Assembly: GCA_038209235.1 (NCBI GenBank)
Contig: JBBQXX010000001.1
Location: 1-53,925 of the forward strand
Direction: 5' to 3'
Source: Sphingomonadales bacterium
GTDB lineage: Bacteria; Pseudomonadota; Alphaproteobacteria; Sphingomonadales; Sphingomonadaceae
DNA: 53,925 bases
The position numbers were made by a program, and so were the translations under genes. Each line of letters begins with the position of its first letter. The first letter of the stretch is position 1. The notes beneath the pieces were generated by a model. The model saw only the letters and a program-made list of their open reading frames with translations, was not told the origin of the DNA and made no database searches. Positions 36,037 to 45,606 of this stretch are shown in pieces.

Positions 36037-36630
36037 CTATTTTGCGTACATCGAGTTGATCGGCCTTGCCATCACACGGCGCAGCATGGGTTCGAAGAAC
36101 TCCAGCGTTTCGTTGTCATAATCGGCATCGAACGCAGCCTGATCATATTTCTCGCAGAATTCGGCGCACGCATCGAAATGCGGATGGCTGCGGAAATTAT
36201 CACGCACGTTGCGGTCGCCGCCGATGAAGTGGAAATAATAATGGCCCTGAAACGCGCCGTGATTGGCGCAGATCCAGTGCGCTTCATCTGAGACGAACGG
36301 TTTGATGATCGCCGCGGCGACATCGGGGTGGTTGAAGCTGCCCAGCGTGTCGCCGATGTCGTGGAGCAACGCCATCACGACATATTGCTCGTCACGGCCA
36401 TCGCGGTGCGCGCGGGTGGCGGCTTGCAGGCTGTGCTGCATCCGGTCGATGGGAAAGCCACCGAAATCACCTTCGAGCAACCGCAGATGCGCCAGTACCC
36501 GGTCGGGCAAACCGGTGGCGAAATCGCGATAATGGTGCGCGATGATCGCCCAGTCTTCCTGCGTGCCTTCGGTCATCGCCGAAAACCCGGCGCGGGTCTG
36601 GTGATCCAGCGTGGCTGCACTCTCGCTCAT
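36037..36630 (-). CDS. HD domain protein (phosphohydrolase or PhnZ-like)
   Basis: HSLQAAT.A, ALLHDIGD, NH, H and DQ..FD motifs. The ORF-track extension to 36912 overlaps the kinase gene and is rejected. Confidence 0.88.
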   Translation of the reverse strand: MSESAATLDHQTRAGFSAMTEGTQEDWAIIAHHYRDFATGLPDRVLAHLRLLEGDFGGFPIDRMQHSLQAATRAHRDGRDEQYVVMALLHDIGDTLGSFNHPDVAAAIIKPFVSDEAHWICANHGAFQGHYYFHFIGGDRNVRDNFRSHPHFDACAEFCEKYDQAAFDADYDNETLEFFEPMLRRVMARPINSMYAK

Positions 36631-36742
36631 GGCTTCACAATCCTCTGTGCTTCTGTTCTTGCCCGGCAACCTACCGCAGCGTGGGGCGCGATGCAAAAAA
36701 ATCTCGGCGAACGGCGCAAATCCGGCTAAGCCCGGTGTTATC

Positions 36743-37840
36743 ATGGCGATGCTGCCCTTCAAGCCGACACCGTTCTTTGCCAACAAGAACCGGGCCTTCT
36801 GGAACCTGCAAACCTTGGGGTGGGCAGGCGCGCTGGGGCTGCGCGGGATTTCGGGCATCGCCAATGGCCAGCCACTCTCGTTCCTGGTGCCGATCATCAT
36901 CGCGACGATCACCGGCTATTCGATCTCGCTGGTGATGGGGGTGATCTACCAGATGCTGATCAATCGCAAACCGTTGGTGACCTGGGGGATTACGCTGGTT
37001 GTGCTGTTGGCAGGCTCGGGGCTTTACGCGTTTGTCGATGCGTGGGTGGCGACGCTTTATCGCCCGGGCAGCGACAGCAACTTCACCGCCATACTGCTCG
37101 GGTCGTTCTATCTCGACCTGACGTTGCTCGGCGCCTGGTCGGCACTGTATTACGCGATCAACTTCTTCCTGCGCATCGAAGAGCAGCAGGATCAGATGCT
37201 GCGGCTTGAGAACCAGGCAACCAGCGCGCAGCTGGCGATGTTGCGTTATCAGCTCAACCCGCACTTCCTGTTCAACACACTCAACAGCATTTCGACGCTG
37301 GTGCTGCTCAAGCAGACTGAACCTGCCAACGCGATGCTCTCGCGGCTGTCTTCGTTCCTGCGCTATACGCTCGCCAATGAACCAACGGCGCGGGTGACAC
37401 TTGCGCAAGAGGTCGAAACGCTCAAGCTTTATCTAGACATCGAAAAGATGCGGTTCGAAGAGCGTTTGCGCGCGCATTTTGACATTGAGACCGGTGCTGA
37501 AAACGCCCTGCTGCCGTCATTGCTCTTGCAACCCTTGGTCGAAAACGGCATAAAATATGCCGTTACTCCAAAAGAAGATGGTGCCGATATCACCATTGCA
37601 GCGCAACTCATCGGACCCCTGCTGCGTATTACCGTGACCGACACAGGGCCCGGATTGAAGAAGCAGGGCATTGCCGCCAATGCATCAACCGGGGTCGGGC
37701 TGGCGAATATCAGGGACAGGCTGTCCCAGGCTTACGACAACAATCACCGGTTTGAGACACGATCATCACCCGGGGGCGGCTATAGCGTGATTATCGAGAT
37801 TCCGTTTGAAACACGCGAAACAAGGCAATTACTGGCATGA
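36743..37840 (+). CDS. LytS/YehU-type sensor histidine kinase
   Basis: TM region, LRYQLNPHFLFNTLN, IEK.RF..RL, LLQPLVEN.IKY, D.GPG and TGVGL.NI..RL motifs. Confidence 0.94.
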   Translation: MAMLPFKPTPFFANKNRAFWNLQTLGWAGALGLRGISGIANGQPLSFLVPIIIATITGYSISLVMGVIYQMLINRKPLVTWGITLVVLLAGSGLYAFVDAWVATLYRPGSDSNFTAILLGSFYLDLTLLGAWSALYYAINFFLRIEEQQDQMLRLENQATSAQLAMLRYQLNPHFLFNTLNSISTLVLLKQTEPANAMLSRLSSFLRYTLANEPTARVTLAQEVETLKLYLDIEKMRFEERLRAHFDIETGAENALLPSLLLQPLVENGIKYAVTPKEDGADITIAAQLIGPLLRITVTDTGPGLKKQGIAANASTGVGLANIRDRLSQAYDNNHRFETRSSPGGGYSVIIEIPFETRETRQLLA

Positions 37841-38643
37841 CCATCCGCACAATCCTGGTAGACGACGAGAAACTCGCGATTCAGGGCATGCAGCTTCGGC
37901 TGGAAAAGTTTGACGACATCGAGATCATCGACACCTGCCTCAATGGCCGCGAGGCGATCCGCAAGATCAAGACGCTGAAACCCGATCTGGTGTTTCTGGA
38001 TATCCAGATGCCGGGTTTCGACGGGTTTTCGGTGGTCAAGGGCATCCTGGATATCGAGCCGCCGCTGGTGGTGTTCTGTACCGCCTATTCCGAGCATGCG
38101 GTAAAGGCATTTGAAGCGCAGGCTATCGATTACCTGCTCAAGCCCGTCGACGATGTTCGCCTCGCCGATGCCATCGAGCGCATCCGTGAGCGCATCCGCG
38201 ACAAAAAGGGCCGTGAAGAGGCCGACAAGCTGATGAACGTACTGAATGCAGTTGCACCCGACGCGGTCGAGGGCCTCGATCTTGGCGACGATGATGACAC
38301 CTCGCCATCGAACCGCTATGAAAAGCTGATCAACATCAAGGATCGCGGCCAGATTTTCCGGGTCGATGTCGACACCATCGAGCGCATCGATGCGGCTGGC
38401 GATTACATGTGCATCTACACCGGCGACAATTCGCTGATCCTGCGCGAGACGATGAAGGATCTGGAACGGCGGCTGGACCCGCGCAATTTCCAGCGCGTCC
38501 ATCGCTCGACCATCGTCAATCTGGGGCTGGTCCGCCAGGTCAAACCACACACCAACGGAGAGTGCTTCCTGGTGCTCGAATCAGGCGCCCAGGTAAAGGT
38601 GTCGCGCAGCTATCGCGACGTTGTGGCGCGGTTCGTGCACTAA
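37837..38643 (+). CDS. LytTR family response regulator
   Basis: VDDE, FLDIQMP, DYLLKP receiver motifs; F.RVHRS.IVN and VSRSY LytTR motifs. Confidence 0.95.
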   Translation: MTIRTILVDDEKLAIQGMQLRLEKFDDIEIIDTCLNGREAIRKIKTLKPDLVFLDIQMPGFDGFSVVKGILDIEPPLVVFCTAYSEHAVKAFEAQAIDYLLKPVDDVRLADAIERIRERIRDKKGREEADKLMNVLNAVAPDAVEGLDLGDDDDTSPSNRYEKLINIKDRGQIFRVDVDTIERIDAAGDYMCIYTGDNSLILRETMKDLERRLDPRNFQRVHRSTIVNLGLVRQVKPHTNGECFLVLESGAQVKVSRSYRDVVARFVH

Positions 38644-38661
38644 GCCGATCCGCGAAGGTTG

Positions 38662-38688
38662 AGCGTTTTCCGGCGAAAACCGGAACGC
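38662..38688. terminator. Hairpin between convergent genes
   Basis: GCGTTTTCCGG-CGAAAA-CCGGAACGC. Confidence 0.4.
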
Positions 38689-38772
38689 AGAAGGTAGATT
38701 GCAGTATACAACTCCTGGGCTTTGGCTTTCGCCAGAGAGCGGCGTACTTTTAACTCGGCCGCACGATTGTTC

Positions 38773-39228
38773 TCACCGGCGCTGCGCGAAGAACGCCTTC
38801 AGTAACTCCGAAGCCTCCGCCTCACCCAGCCCTGCATAGACCTCAGGCTTGTGCAGTACCGTTGCCTGCTCGAATAGCCGCGGGCCATGCTCGACTGCGC
38901 CGCCTTTGGGATCGCTCGCCGCGTAATACAGCCGGGCGATGCGTGCGTGGCTGATGGCACCTGCGCACATGGCGCATGGCTCCAGCGTCACCCACAGATC
39001 ACAACCGGTCAACCGGTCGCTGCCCAGTGCCGCGCAGGCGGCGCGAATGGCCATGATCTCGGCATGCGCGGTCGGATCATGCAGCGCGCGTGTCTGGTTG
39101 TGGCCCTGCCCGATGACTGTGCCCCGCCGCACGACGATGGCACCGACGGGCACCTCACCCAGCAGCGCTGCCCGCTGCGCCTGTTCAAGGGCCTGCGCGG
39201 CCAAACTTCTGGCGTGATCGAGCGTCAT
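38773..39228 (-). CDS. tadA: tRNA adenosine(34) deaminase
   Basis: GEVPVGA, DPTAHAE, TLEPCAMC and D.KGGA motifs. Confidence 0.9.
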   Translation of the reverse strand: MTLDHARSLAAQALEQAQRAALLGEVPVGAIVVRRGTVIGQGHNQTRALHDPTAHAEIMAIRAACAALGSDRLTGCDLWVTLEPCAMCAGAISHARIARLYYAASDPKGGAVEHGPRLFEQATVLHKPEVYAGLGEAEASELLKAFFAQRR

Positions 39229-39377
39229 TCCGCTTGCCTAGCCAGATTGGCTTTGCGCTGCCAGCAAATTTGGCTAACGCAGGCACGGCGAAGGCTTGCG
39301 GCAGTTGACTTGAACGCCATCTGGCGTTATCGGCCCGTCTTCCAGAATTTCAACGCTTTAATCAGGATACTCACACC

Positions 39378-39659
39378 ATGTCGCGTATTTGCGAACTGAC
39401 CGGCAAGGGCCGGATGGTGGGCCACAATGTGTCCCACGCCAACAACAAGACCAAGCGCGTATTTCTGCCCAACCTGCAGAACGTCACACTGATGAGCGAA
39501 AAGCTCGACCGCAGCTTCAAGCTTCGTGTTTCGACCGCAGGACTGCGCTCGGTGGAACACGTCGGCGGCCTCGACAACTGGCTGATCAAGACCGGCGAAG
39601 AAAAGCTGTCAGCACGCGCTGCCAAGATCAAGCGCGAACTGCAAAAGGCTGCGGCCTGA
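39378..39659 (+). CDS. rpmB: 50S ribosomal protein L28
   Basis: [10 protein letters not shown]...[20 protein letters not shown]. Confidence 0.99.
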   Translation: MSRICELTGKGRMVGHNVSHANNKTKRVFLPNLQNVTLMSEKLDRSFKLRVSTAGLRSVEHVGGLDNWLIKTGEEKLSARAAKIKRELQKAAA

Positions 39660-39661
39660 TC

Positions 39662-40129
39662 ATGGCGGACCGGCGCACCGCGTTGATCGCTGGTGCGCTG
39701 GGGCTTGCATGCGTTGTCCAACCTGCCTGGGCGGGCACACGGACGACTGCAGAAGTGCTGTATTCGCAGAACGCCGAGGAACGCGCCTTTCAGGAGAGTG
39801 CAGGCTATAGCGATGCGGTGATGCTGACCGATGGCACCATCTATCTGTCGGGCGTCGTGGTCGGCCCTGAGGCGGATGAAGCCGCGTTCAACCGCGCCTA
39901 TCAAAAGATCAGCGATATCCTGATTCGCGCTGGATCCAGCTGGGAAGATGTCGTCGATATCACCAGCTATCACACCGATATCGACAGCCAGCTTGGCGTT
40001 ATGTCGACAGTGCAAAAGCAATATCTTGCACCCCCGTTTCCCGCCTGGACCGCAATCCAGGTGACGCGTCTGTATCTTGCCGAGGGCAAGACCGAGATCA
40101 AGGTCGTGGCGAAGCGCTCGCCTCGCTGA
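39662..40129 (+). CDS. RidA/Rid family protein with N-terminal signal peptide
   Basis: GYSDAV, IYLSG, L..AG....DVV, PAWTAI.V..L and EI...A motifs; N-terminus MADRRTALIAGALGLACVVQPAWA. Confidence 0.85.
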   Translation: MADRRTALIAGALGLACVVQPAWAGTRTTAEVLYSQNAEERAFQESAGYSDAVMLTDGTIYLSGVVVGPEADEAAFNRAYQKISDILIRAGSSWEDVVDITSYHTDIDSQLGVMSTVQKQYLAPPFPAWTAIQVTRLYLAEGKTEIKVVAKRSPR

Positions 40130-41099
40130 ACACGAACTTCAGCAGCAAAGTGCGCTGCATCGTGAAATAATTATCGTCCGAGATTATCCAGACGATGGTT
40201 TGTCCGCGCTCGCGTTCCACCGCGATCCCCTCCATATTATCGATCGGTAAAGGCGGCGCCATCGTGGCTATGATGCGCGGGATGACCAGCCTGCCCGGTG
40301 CGATCTGCGCAGGGTCTATCAGCCCCACCTTGGCGCTGACACCGCTTATGTAATTGAAACGGCGATGCAACGTGAGCAGGCGTCCATCGGGCAACGCTGC
40401 GATGTCGGTGATCCGGTAACCCTCGGGCGGCTGGTAGGCGAAGCTCTTTACGGATGTACCAGGTTCTGCCGGATCGCTTGCGAATATCAGCCCCACGGTG
40501 ACCCCGGGACGCACCGAACGTGATTCGGAAAATACTACAAAGCTGCCATCACTACGCCTGACGATCGCCTCTGCGCCGCCGTTTCTGGGCCAGCCCTGCA
40601 TTACATCAGGCTTGCCGGTTGCCTCGGCGCGCGCGAAGCCCGGCGAAAAGCGCCGGATAAGGTGAAGCTGCTCATAGCCGACCCAGAACCTTCCGGTCTC
40701 CGGATCATGGGTCAGGCTTTCTGCGTCCTGATCCTGCTTGGTGCTGCGCTCGCCTTTTCGGACCGGCAACCGCGCGACGAAGCTGTCGCGGGCGACCTTG
40801 CCGCTGGCCAGCGTGAACCCGGCCAACACCGCAGCATCGCTGAGCGCCAGCAACCTGCCGTCGCCCATCGCATGCAGGCCCGAAAACCCTCCGAAATCGG
40901 TGTTCTGGCTTTCGAGTTCCCAGCCATCGATCAGGGTCAGTTCGCCGTTGCCCAGACGGTGCGGCAGCGGTGGCAGATCGACCGGGCGGCGCAGTGTAAC
41001 AAGCTGGCTGAAGTTGGGGGGAACAGGCGAATCAGCGACAAATGCGCCGGTTCCCAGGAAAAACATCAGCGACAAGATGGCAAGAATCCGGCTCATCAT
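40098..41099 (-). CDS. Esterase-like activity of phytase family protein
   Basis: FGGFSGL, DAESL, N.GAEA, DNMEG, ISDDNY and QRTLLLKF motifs. Confidence 0.88.
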   Translation of the reverse strand: MMSRILAILSLMFFLGTGAFVADSPVPPNFSQLVTLRRPVDLPPLPHRLGNGELTLIDGWELESQNTDFGGFSGLHAMGDGRLLALSDAAVLAGFTLASGKVARDSFVARLPVRKGERSTKQDQDAESLTHDPETGRFWVGYEQLHLIRRFSPGFARAEATGKPDVMQGWPRNGGAEAIVRRSDGSFVVFSESRSVRPGVTVGLIFASDPAEPGTSVKSFAYQPPEGYRITDIAALPDGRLLTLHRRFNYISGVSAKVGLIDPAQIAPGRLVIPRIIATMAPPLPIDNMEGIAVERERGQTIVWIISDDNYFTMQRTLLLKFVFSEASASPRP

Positions 41100-41151
41100 G
41101 ACGCACAGCGCCCAACTGCATCACGGTGCCGCAAAGGCATAGACCTGCCAG

Positions 41152-43047
41152 TCACTCGGCTGCCAGCGGCCCCTCAGTGAACTGCAGGCTGGACAGGCGC
41201 GCATAAAGCCCGCCCTTGGCCGAAAGCTGGTCATGCGTGCCCTGTTCGACAATCGCCCCATCATCCATGACGATAATCCGGTCGGCCGAACGAATGGTGG
41301 CGAGGCGATGCGCGATCACCAGCGTCGTGCGGCCCTGCATCAGCCGCTCCAGCGCGTTCTGGACCAGCTTCTCGCTTTCTGCGTCCAGCGCCGATGTCGC
41401 TTCATCAAGCAGCAGGATCGGCGCGTTGCGCAACAATGCGCGCGCAATCGATATCCGCTGGCGCTGTCCGCCCGAAAGCCGCGCCCCGCCCTCACCCATA
41501 TCGGTGTCCAGCCCGTCGGGCAGCTTGCGCAGGAACGCCTCGGCATTGGCGGCGCGCGCCGCATCCCAGATTTCATCGTCGCTTGCTGCCCAGTTGCCAT
41601 AGCGCAAGTTGTCGCGCGCGCTGGCGGCAAACAGGATGATGTCCTGCGGTACAAAGGCCATCCGCTGGCGGATCGCCTTGGGGTCAGCCGACGGCAGCAC
41701 GACGCCATCGATGCGGATTGAGCCCGCCTGAGGGTCATAAAACCTCTGCGCCAGCTGAAACAGCGTTGATTTACCAGCACCCGATGGCCCGACAATCGCC
41801 ACGGTTTCCCCTGGCGTCACCTGCAGCGAGAAGTCCTTCAGCGCCAGTGTTTCGGGCCGGGTAGGATAGGCAAAGCTCACATTTTGAAAGCTGATCTGGC
41901 CGCGCGGCGGTTCAGGCAGCACGATCGGATTGGCAGGCGCGTGAATCTCGGGTTCCTCGTTCAACAATTCGTTGAGCCGGCCCGCCGCGCCGCCTGCGCG
42001 CAGCAGATCGCCATACACTTCGGTCAGCGCGCCGAAGGCTCCGGCCACCAATCCGCCGGTCAGCACAAAGGCTGCGATATCGCCGCCAGACAGCCGCCCC
42101 TCGATCACGTCGACCGCACCTTGCCACATGATCATCGTGATTGCGCCGAAGATCAGCGTGATCACCACGGCGGTCAGGCTGGCGCGCAACGTTATGCGCC
42201 GCTTGGCAGTGGCGAAGGTCGTCTCGACCGCATCACCAAACCGCGCAGCCTCACGCTCTTCCTGGCCAAAAGCCTGCACGATCTTCATTGCGGCAAGAAC
42301 TTCGGTGGTGGTCGCGCCGACATTGGCAACACGATCCTGGCTGGACCGCGCCACCTTCTCAAGCCGCCGCCCGATAAACACGATCGGCAGCACGATCACC
42401 GGAATGCCAAGCAGCAGCATGCCGGTAAGCATGGGGGCCAGCGAAAACAGATAGGCGATACCGCCGATGCCGACGACGACATTGCGCAACGCGACCGACA
42501 CGGTCGTGCCAACCACCTGTTCGACAATCGCAGTGTCCGACGTCATGCGTGAGGCGATTTCGGACGGCCGGTTCGTTTCGAAAAAGCTGGGGGCGAGCCC
42601 GAGCAGGTTGCGCTGCACCGCCAGCCGGATGTCGGCGACGACGCGTTCGCCCAGCCATGACACGAAATAGAACCGCAGCGCGGTGGATAGTCCCAGCACG
42701 ATCGTGATCAGAAACAGGTAGCGGAACCAGCGGCCGATATCCTCGGCGCTGCCGCCAGCGTCAAAGCCCCGGTCGATGACAAGCTTGAAGCCTGCGGGGA
42801 TTGCAAGCGTTGCTCCTGCGGCCACAGCCAGCGCCAGCATTGCAAAGGCAATCTGACGCGGATACGCCGATGCAAACCGCATGATCATCGCCAGATTGCC
42901 AAGCTGACGCGAATTGCCGCGTTTGCCTTTCCCAGCAGCCTCGGCACCCGCCTCGGTACGGGGCTCAGCGACCGCTGGTGAGACAGTGCTCGTACGCAGT
43001 TCAGTAACCGGCTCATGCAAACCCGATGTAAGTTGTGTTTCCGCCAT
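41152..43047 (-). CDS. ABC exporter, fused TMD-NBD (MsbA-related)
   Basis: RFYFVSWLGERVVAD.R, GPSGAGKST, LSGGQRQR, LLDEATSALD and IAHRL motifs. Start is uncertain. Confidence 0.95.
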   Translation of the reverse strand: MAETQLTSGLHEPVTELRTSTVSPAVAEPRTEAGAEAAGKGKRGNSRQLGNLAMIMRFASAYPRQIAFAMLALAVAAGATLAIPAGFKLVIDRGFDAGGSAEDIGRWFRYLFLITIVLGLSTALRFYFVSWLGERVVADIRLAVQRNLLGLAPSFFETNRPSEIASRMTSDTAIVEQVVGTTVSVALRNVVVGIGGIAYLFSLAPMLTGMLLLGIPVIVLPIVFIGRRLEKVARSSQDRVANVGATTTEVLAAMKIVQAFGQEEREAARFGDAVETTFATAKRRITLRASLTAVVITLIFGAITMIMWQGAVDVIEGRLSGGDIAAFVLTGGLVAGAFGALTEVYGDLLRAGGAAGRLNELLNEEPEIHAPANPIVLPEPPRGQISFQNVSFAYPTRPETLALKDFSLQVTPGETVAIVGPSGAGKSTLFQLAQRFYDPQAGSIRIDGVVLPSADPKAIRQRMAFVPQDIILFAASARDNLRYGNWAASDDEIWDAARAANAEAFLRKLPDGLDTDMGEGGARLSGGQRQRISIARALLRNAPILLLDEATSALDAESEKLVQNALERLMQGRTTLVIAHRLATIRSADRIIVMDDGAIVEQGTHDQLSAKGGLYARLSSLQFTEGPLAAE

Positions 43048-43240
43048 GGCAGTGCGCCTAGCAGGCCTGTCCACCGCGCTCAACGATTTTGGCGGCTGCT
43101 GCCAAAGGGATTTTCGATATCAGCCCAACTAATTTGCACTCGGTTAACGCGCTGTAACCGATGCATTAACCCCGGTGTGACAGTACGGTTACCGCAGCGG
43201 CCGGGCTGACGCGCGCGTTAATTGCTTGTATTTTTATTGG

Positions 43241-43252
43241 TGCAGCGCAACA
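43241..43252 (+). promoter_or_regulatory. Putative PhaR (AniA) box upstream of phaZ
   Basis: TGCAGCGCAACA, a TGC-N3-GCA palindrome about 70 nt upstream of phaZ. Confidence 0.5.
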
Positions 43253-43320
43253 CAGGTTCACGACAGACCGCCGATACGGACCCGCGAGAAGCGAACGCGG
43301 CGGTTTTGCAGGGGAATTAC

Positions 43321-44541
43321 ATGCTCTACCATGCTTACGAATTACAGCGCGCATTTCTGTCGAGCGCCAGCGCCATCGCCACGATGAGCGCCAATATGCT
43401 CAACAGCCCGCTCAATCCGATGACCTATTTCGGTGGTGAGCCGGTCATGTCGTCCGCGCTTGAAGTGTTTGCACACGCGTCTGCGCCGCGTGGCAAGCCA
43501 GTGTTCGGGATCGATATGGTCGATATCGATGGCAAGCCAAGTGCCGTGCACGAAGAGATCGTCGTAGAAAAGGCTTTCGGCCAGCTGGTGCGTTTTCGCC
43601 ACGAACTGTTGCCCGATGATGCCCCCCGGTTGCTGATCGTCGCGCCGATGTCTGGCCACTATGCCACCTTGCTGCGCGGCACCGTCGAGCGAATGGTTCC
43701 CGGGCACGAGGTGTACATCACCGACTGGCGCGATGCGCGCGATGTACCGCTGTGCGAAGGCCGTTTCGATCTGGATGATTATATAGATTATCTGGTAGGG
43801 TTTCTGGAGCATATCGGCCCCGGCGCGCATATGCTGGCGGTGTGCCAGCCTTCGGTGCCGTGCTTTGCAGCCGCCGCGCTGATGTCTGCCGACAAACACC
43901 CCTGCCGCCCCAGGTCGCTGACCATGATGGGTGGGCCGATCGACACGCGCGAGGCCCCCACTGCGGTCAACACCATGGCGACCAAGCGCCCGCTGGCATG
44001 GTTTGAGCACAATGTCATCGCCAAGGTACCGTTTCAGTACAAGGGCTCGGGGCGCAAGGTCTATCCCGGCTTTATGCAGCTCAACGGGTTCATGTCGATG
44101 AACCTTGGCAACCACATGATCAGCCACTGGGAAATGTACAAGCATCTGGTCGCAGGCGATGGCGAAAGCGCCGATGCGGCCAAGGAATTCTACGAAGAGT
44201 ATCGCTCGGTTTGCGACATGACCGCCGAATTCTATCTGCAGACCGTGGCAAACGTCTTCCAGACGCACAGCCTGCCCAAGGGAGAGTTCATGCATCGCGG
44301 CAAGCGGATCGATCCGGGCGCGATCACCGATATCGCCTTGCTCGCCATCGAGGGCGAGCGCGACGACATCAGCGGTCTGGGCCAGACCCGTGCCGCGCTC
44401 ACGCTCGCGCCAAAGCTGCCCAAGGCGAAGAAACAGTATCTGATGGCAGAAAGCGTCGGCCATTATGGGATCTTCAACGGCAGCAAATGGCGCGATCGTA
44501 TCGCCCCTGTCGTCGAACAGTGGATTTTGACCCATAATTGA
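43321..44541 (+). CDS. phaZ: Intracellular polyhydroxyalkanoate depolymerase
   Basis: VAPMSGHYATLLR.TV, YITDW, AVCQP, MGGPID, VYPGF, EGE.DDISG.GQT and GHYGIF.G motifs. Confidence 0.96.
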   Translation: MLYHAYELQRAFLSSASAIATMSANMLNSPLNPMTYFGGEPVMSSALEVFAHASAPRGKPVFGIDMVDIDGKPSAVHEEIVVEKAFGQLVRFRHELLPDDAPRLLIVAPMSGHYATLLRGTVERMVPGHEVYITDWRDARDVPLCEGRFDLDDYIDYLVGFLEHIGPGAHMLAVCQPSVPCFAAAALMSADKHPCRPRSLTMMGGPIDTREAPTAVNTMATKRPLAWFEHNVIAKVPFQYKGSGRKVYPGFMQLNGFMSMNLGNHMISHWEMYKHLVAGDGESADAAKEFYEEYRSVCDMTAEFYLQTVANVFQTHSLPKGEFMHRGKRIDPGAITDIALLAIEGERDDISGLGQTRAALTLAPKLPKAKKQYLMAESVGHYGIFNGSKWRDRIAPVVEQWILTHN

Positions 44542-44609
44542 GGTGATTGGCGGCGGCAGGGTCAGTTTCGGCCTTGCCGCCCTGCCCTCGGCCCCCTAAT
44601 CGGTCGGGC

Positions 44610-45581
44610 ATGATCACTCTCAAGACCGTGCGCGTCGAGCGCTTTGCCGTCGACGGCAGCTTCATCATCAGCCGCGGCGCGAAAACCGATGTCGATGTCG
44701 TCTATTGCGAAGTGACCGACGGTAGCCATGTCGGGCGCGGTGAAGGCACGCCGATCTATTACGAGGGCGAGACCGCTGAACTTTGCGCCGAAGCCATCGA
44801 CATGCGCGCCAAGCAGAATCGCGCGCTCACCCGGCAAGATCTGCTGAAAACGATGATGGAAGGCGCTGCGCGCAACGCCCTGGACGCAGCCTTGTGGGAT
44901 CTGGAAGTCCAGGCGACCGGTACGCCGCTGTGGAAGCTGGCAGGACTACCCGAACCCAAGCCACTGGTAACCGCATATACGATTTCGCTCAACGAGCCGG
45001 AAGTCATGAAAGCCGATGCAAGGAAAGCAGCTGCCAAGGGCTATCCGTTGCTCAAGCTGAAGCTGAACGGCGAAGATGACCTGATGCGCGTCGCTGCAGT
45101 GCGGATCGGCGCGCCGGATGTGCGGCTGATCGTCGATGCCAACGAAGCGTGGGTCGATGTCGATGTTGAAGAAATGGCAGGCGCGCTTAAAAAGCTGGGG
45201 GTCGAATTGATCGAACAGCCGGTGGAGGCCGGCTTCGAAGAGGATCTCGAAGGTATCGCATCGCCGCTGCCATTCTGTGCCGATGAAAGCTGTCATGTCG
45301 CCGAAGATATCGAGCGCGTCGCGGGCACTTTTCAGGCGGTCAACATCAAACTGGACAAATCAGGTGGATTAACCGAGGCATTGCGGCTGAATGAGGCGGC
45401 CAAGGCGCGAGGCCTGAAAACCATGGTGGGTTGCATGCTTTCGACCAGCCTGGGCATAACGCCTGCGTTCTATCTTGCCCAGACCGCCGATTGGGTCGAT
45501 CTGGATGGCCCTGCCCTGCTCAAGAAGGACCGGGCAGGCGGTTTCCGCTTCGAGGGCGGAAAGATCAGCCTGCCCGGATGA
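44610..45581 (+). CDS. Dipeptide (L-Ala-D/L-Glu) epimerase, enolase superfamily
   Basis: F.ISRG.K, ARNALD.ALWD, KLK, DANE, EQP, ADES, NIKLDK.GGLT, GCM and DLDG motifs. Confidence 0.92.
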   Translation: MITLKTVRVERFAVDGSFIISRGAKTDVDVVYCEVTDGSHVGRGEGTPIYYEGETAELCAEAIDMRAKQNRALTRQDLLKTMMEGAARNALDAALWDLEVQATGTPLWKLAGLPEPKPLVTAYTISLNEPEVMKADARKAAAKGYPLLKLKLNGEDDLMRVAAVRIGAPDVRLIVDANEAWVDVDVEEMAGALKKLGVELIEQPVEAGFEEDLEGIASPLPFCADESCHVAEDIERVAGTFQAVNIKLDKSGGLTEALRLNEAAKARGLKTMVGCMLSTSLGITPAFYLAQTADWVDLDGPALLKKDRAGGFRFEGGKISLPG

Positions 45582-45606
45582 CTTCAGCTATTCTTGGTTG
45601 ACCTGA

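Noticed and set aside
30815-36630. Calling the TIR/cyclase locus canonical Thoeris, Pycsar or CBASS
   Set aside because: There is no SIR2 or Macro ThsA, no cNMP-binding-domain effector and no CD-NTase. The architecture differs, so it is reported as a candidate instead.
36611-36912. Apparent 300-bp head-to-head overlap of the HD and kinase ORFs
   Set aside because: Artefact of upstream alternative starts. The likely starts (36630 and 36743) leave a normal 112-bp divergent gap.
38659-38695. Resemblance to rhizobial intergenic palindromic repeat elements
   Set aside because: Single short copy in the window; adequately explained as a terminator-like hairpin.
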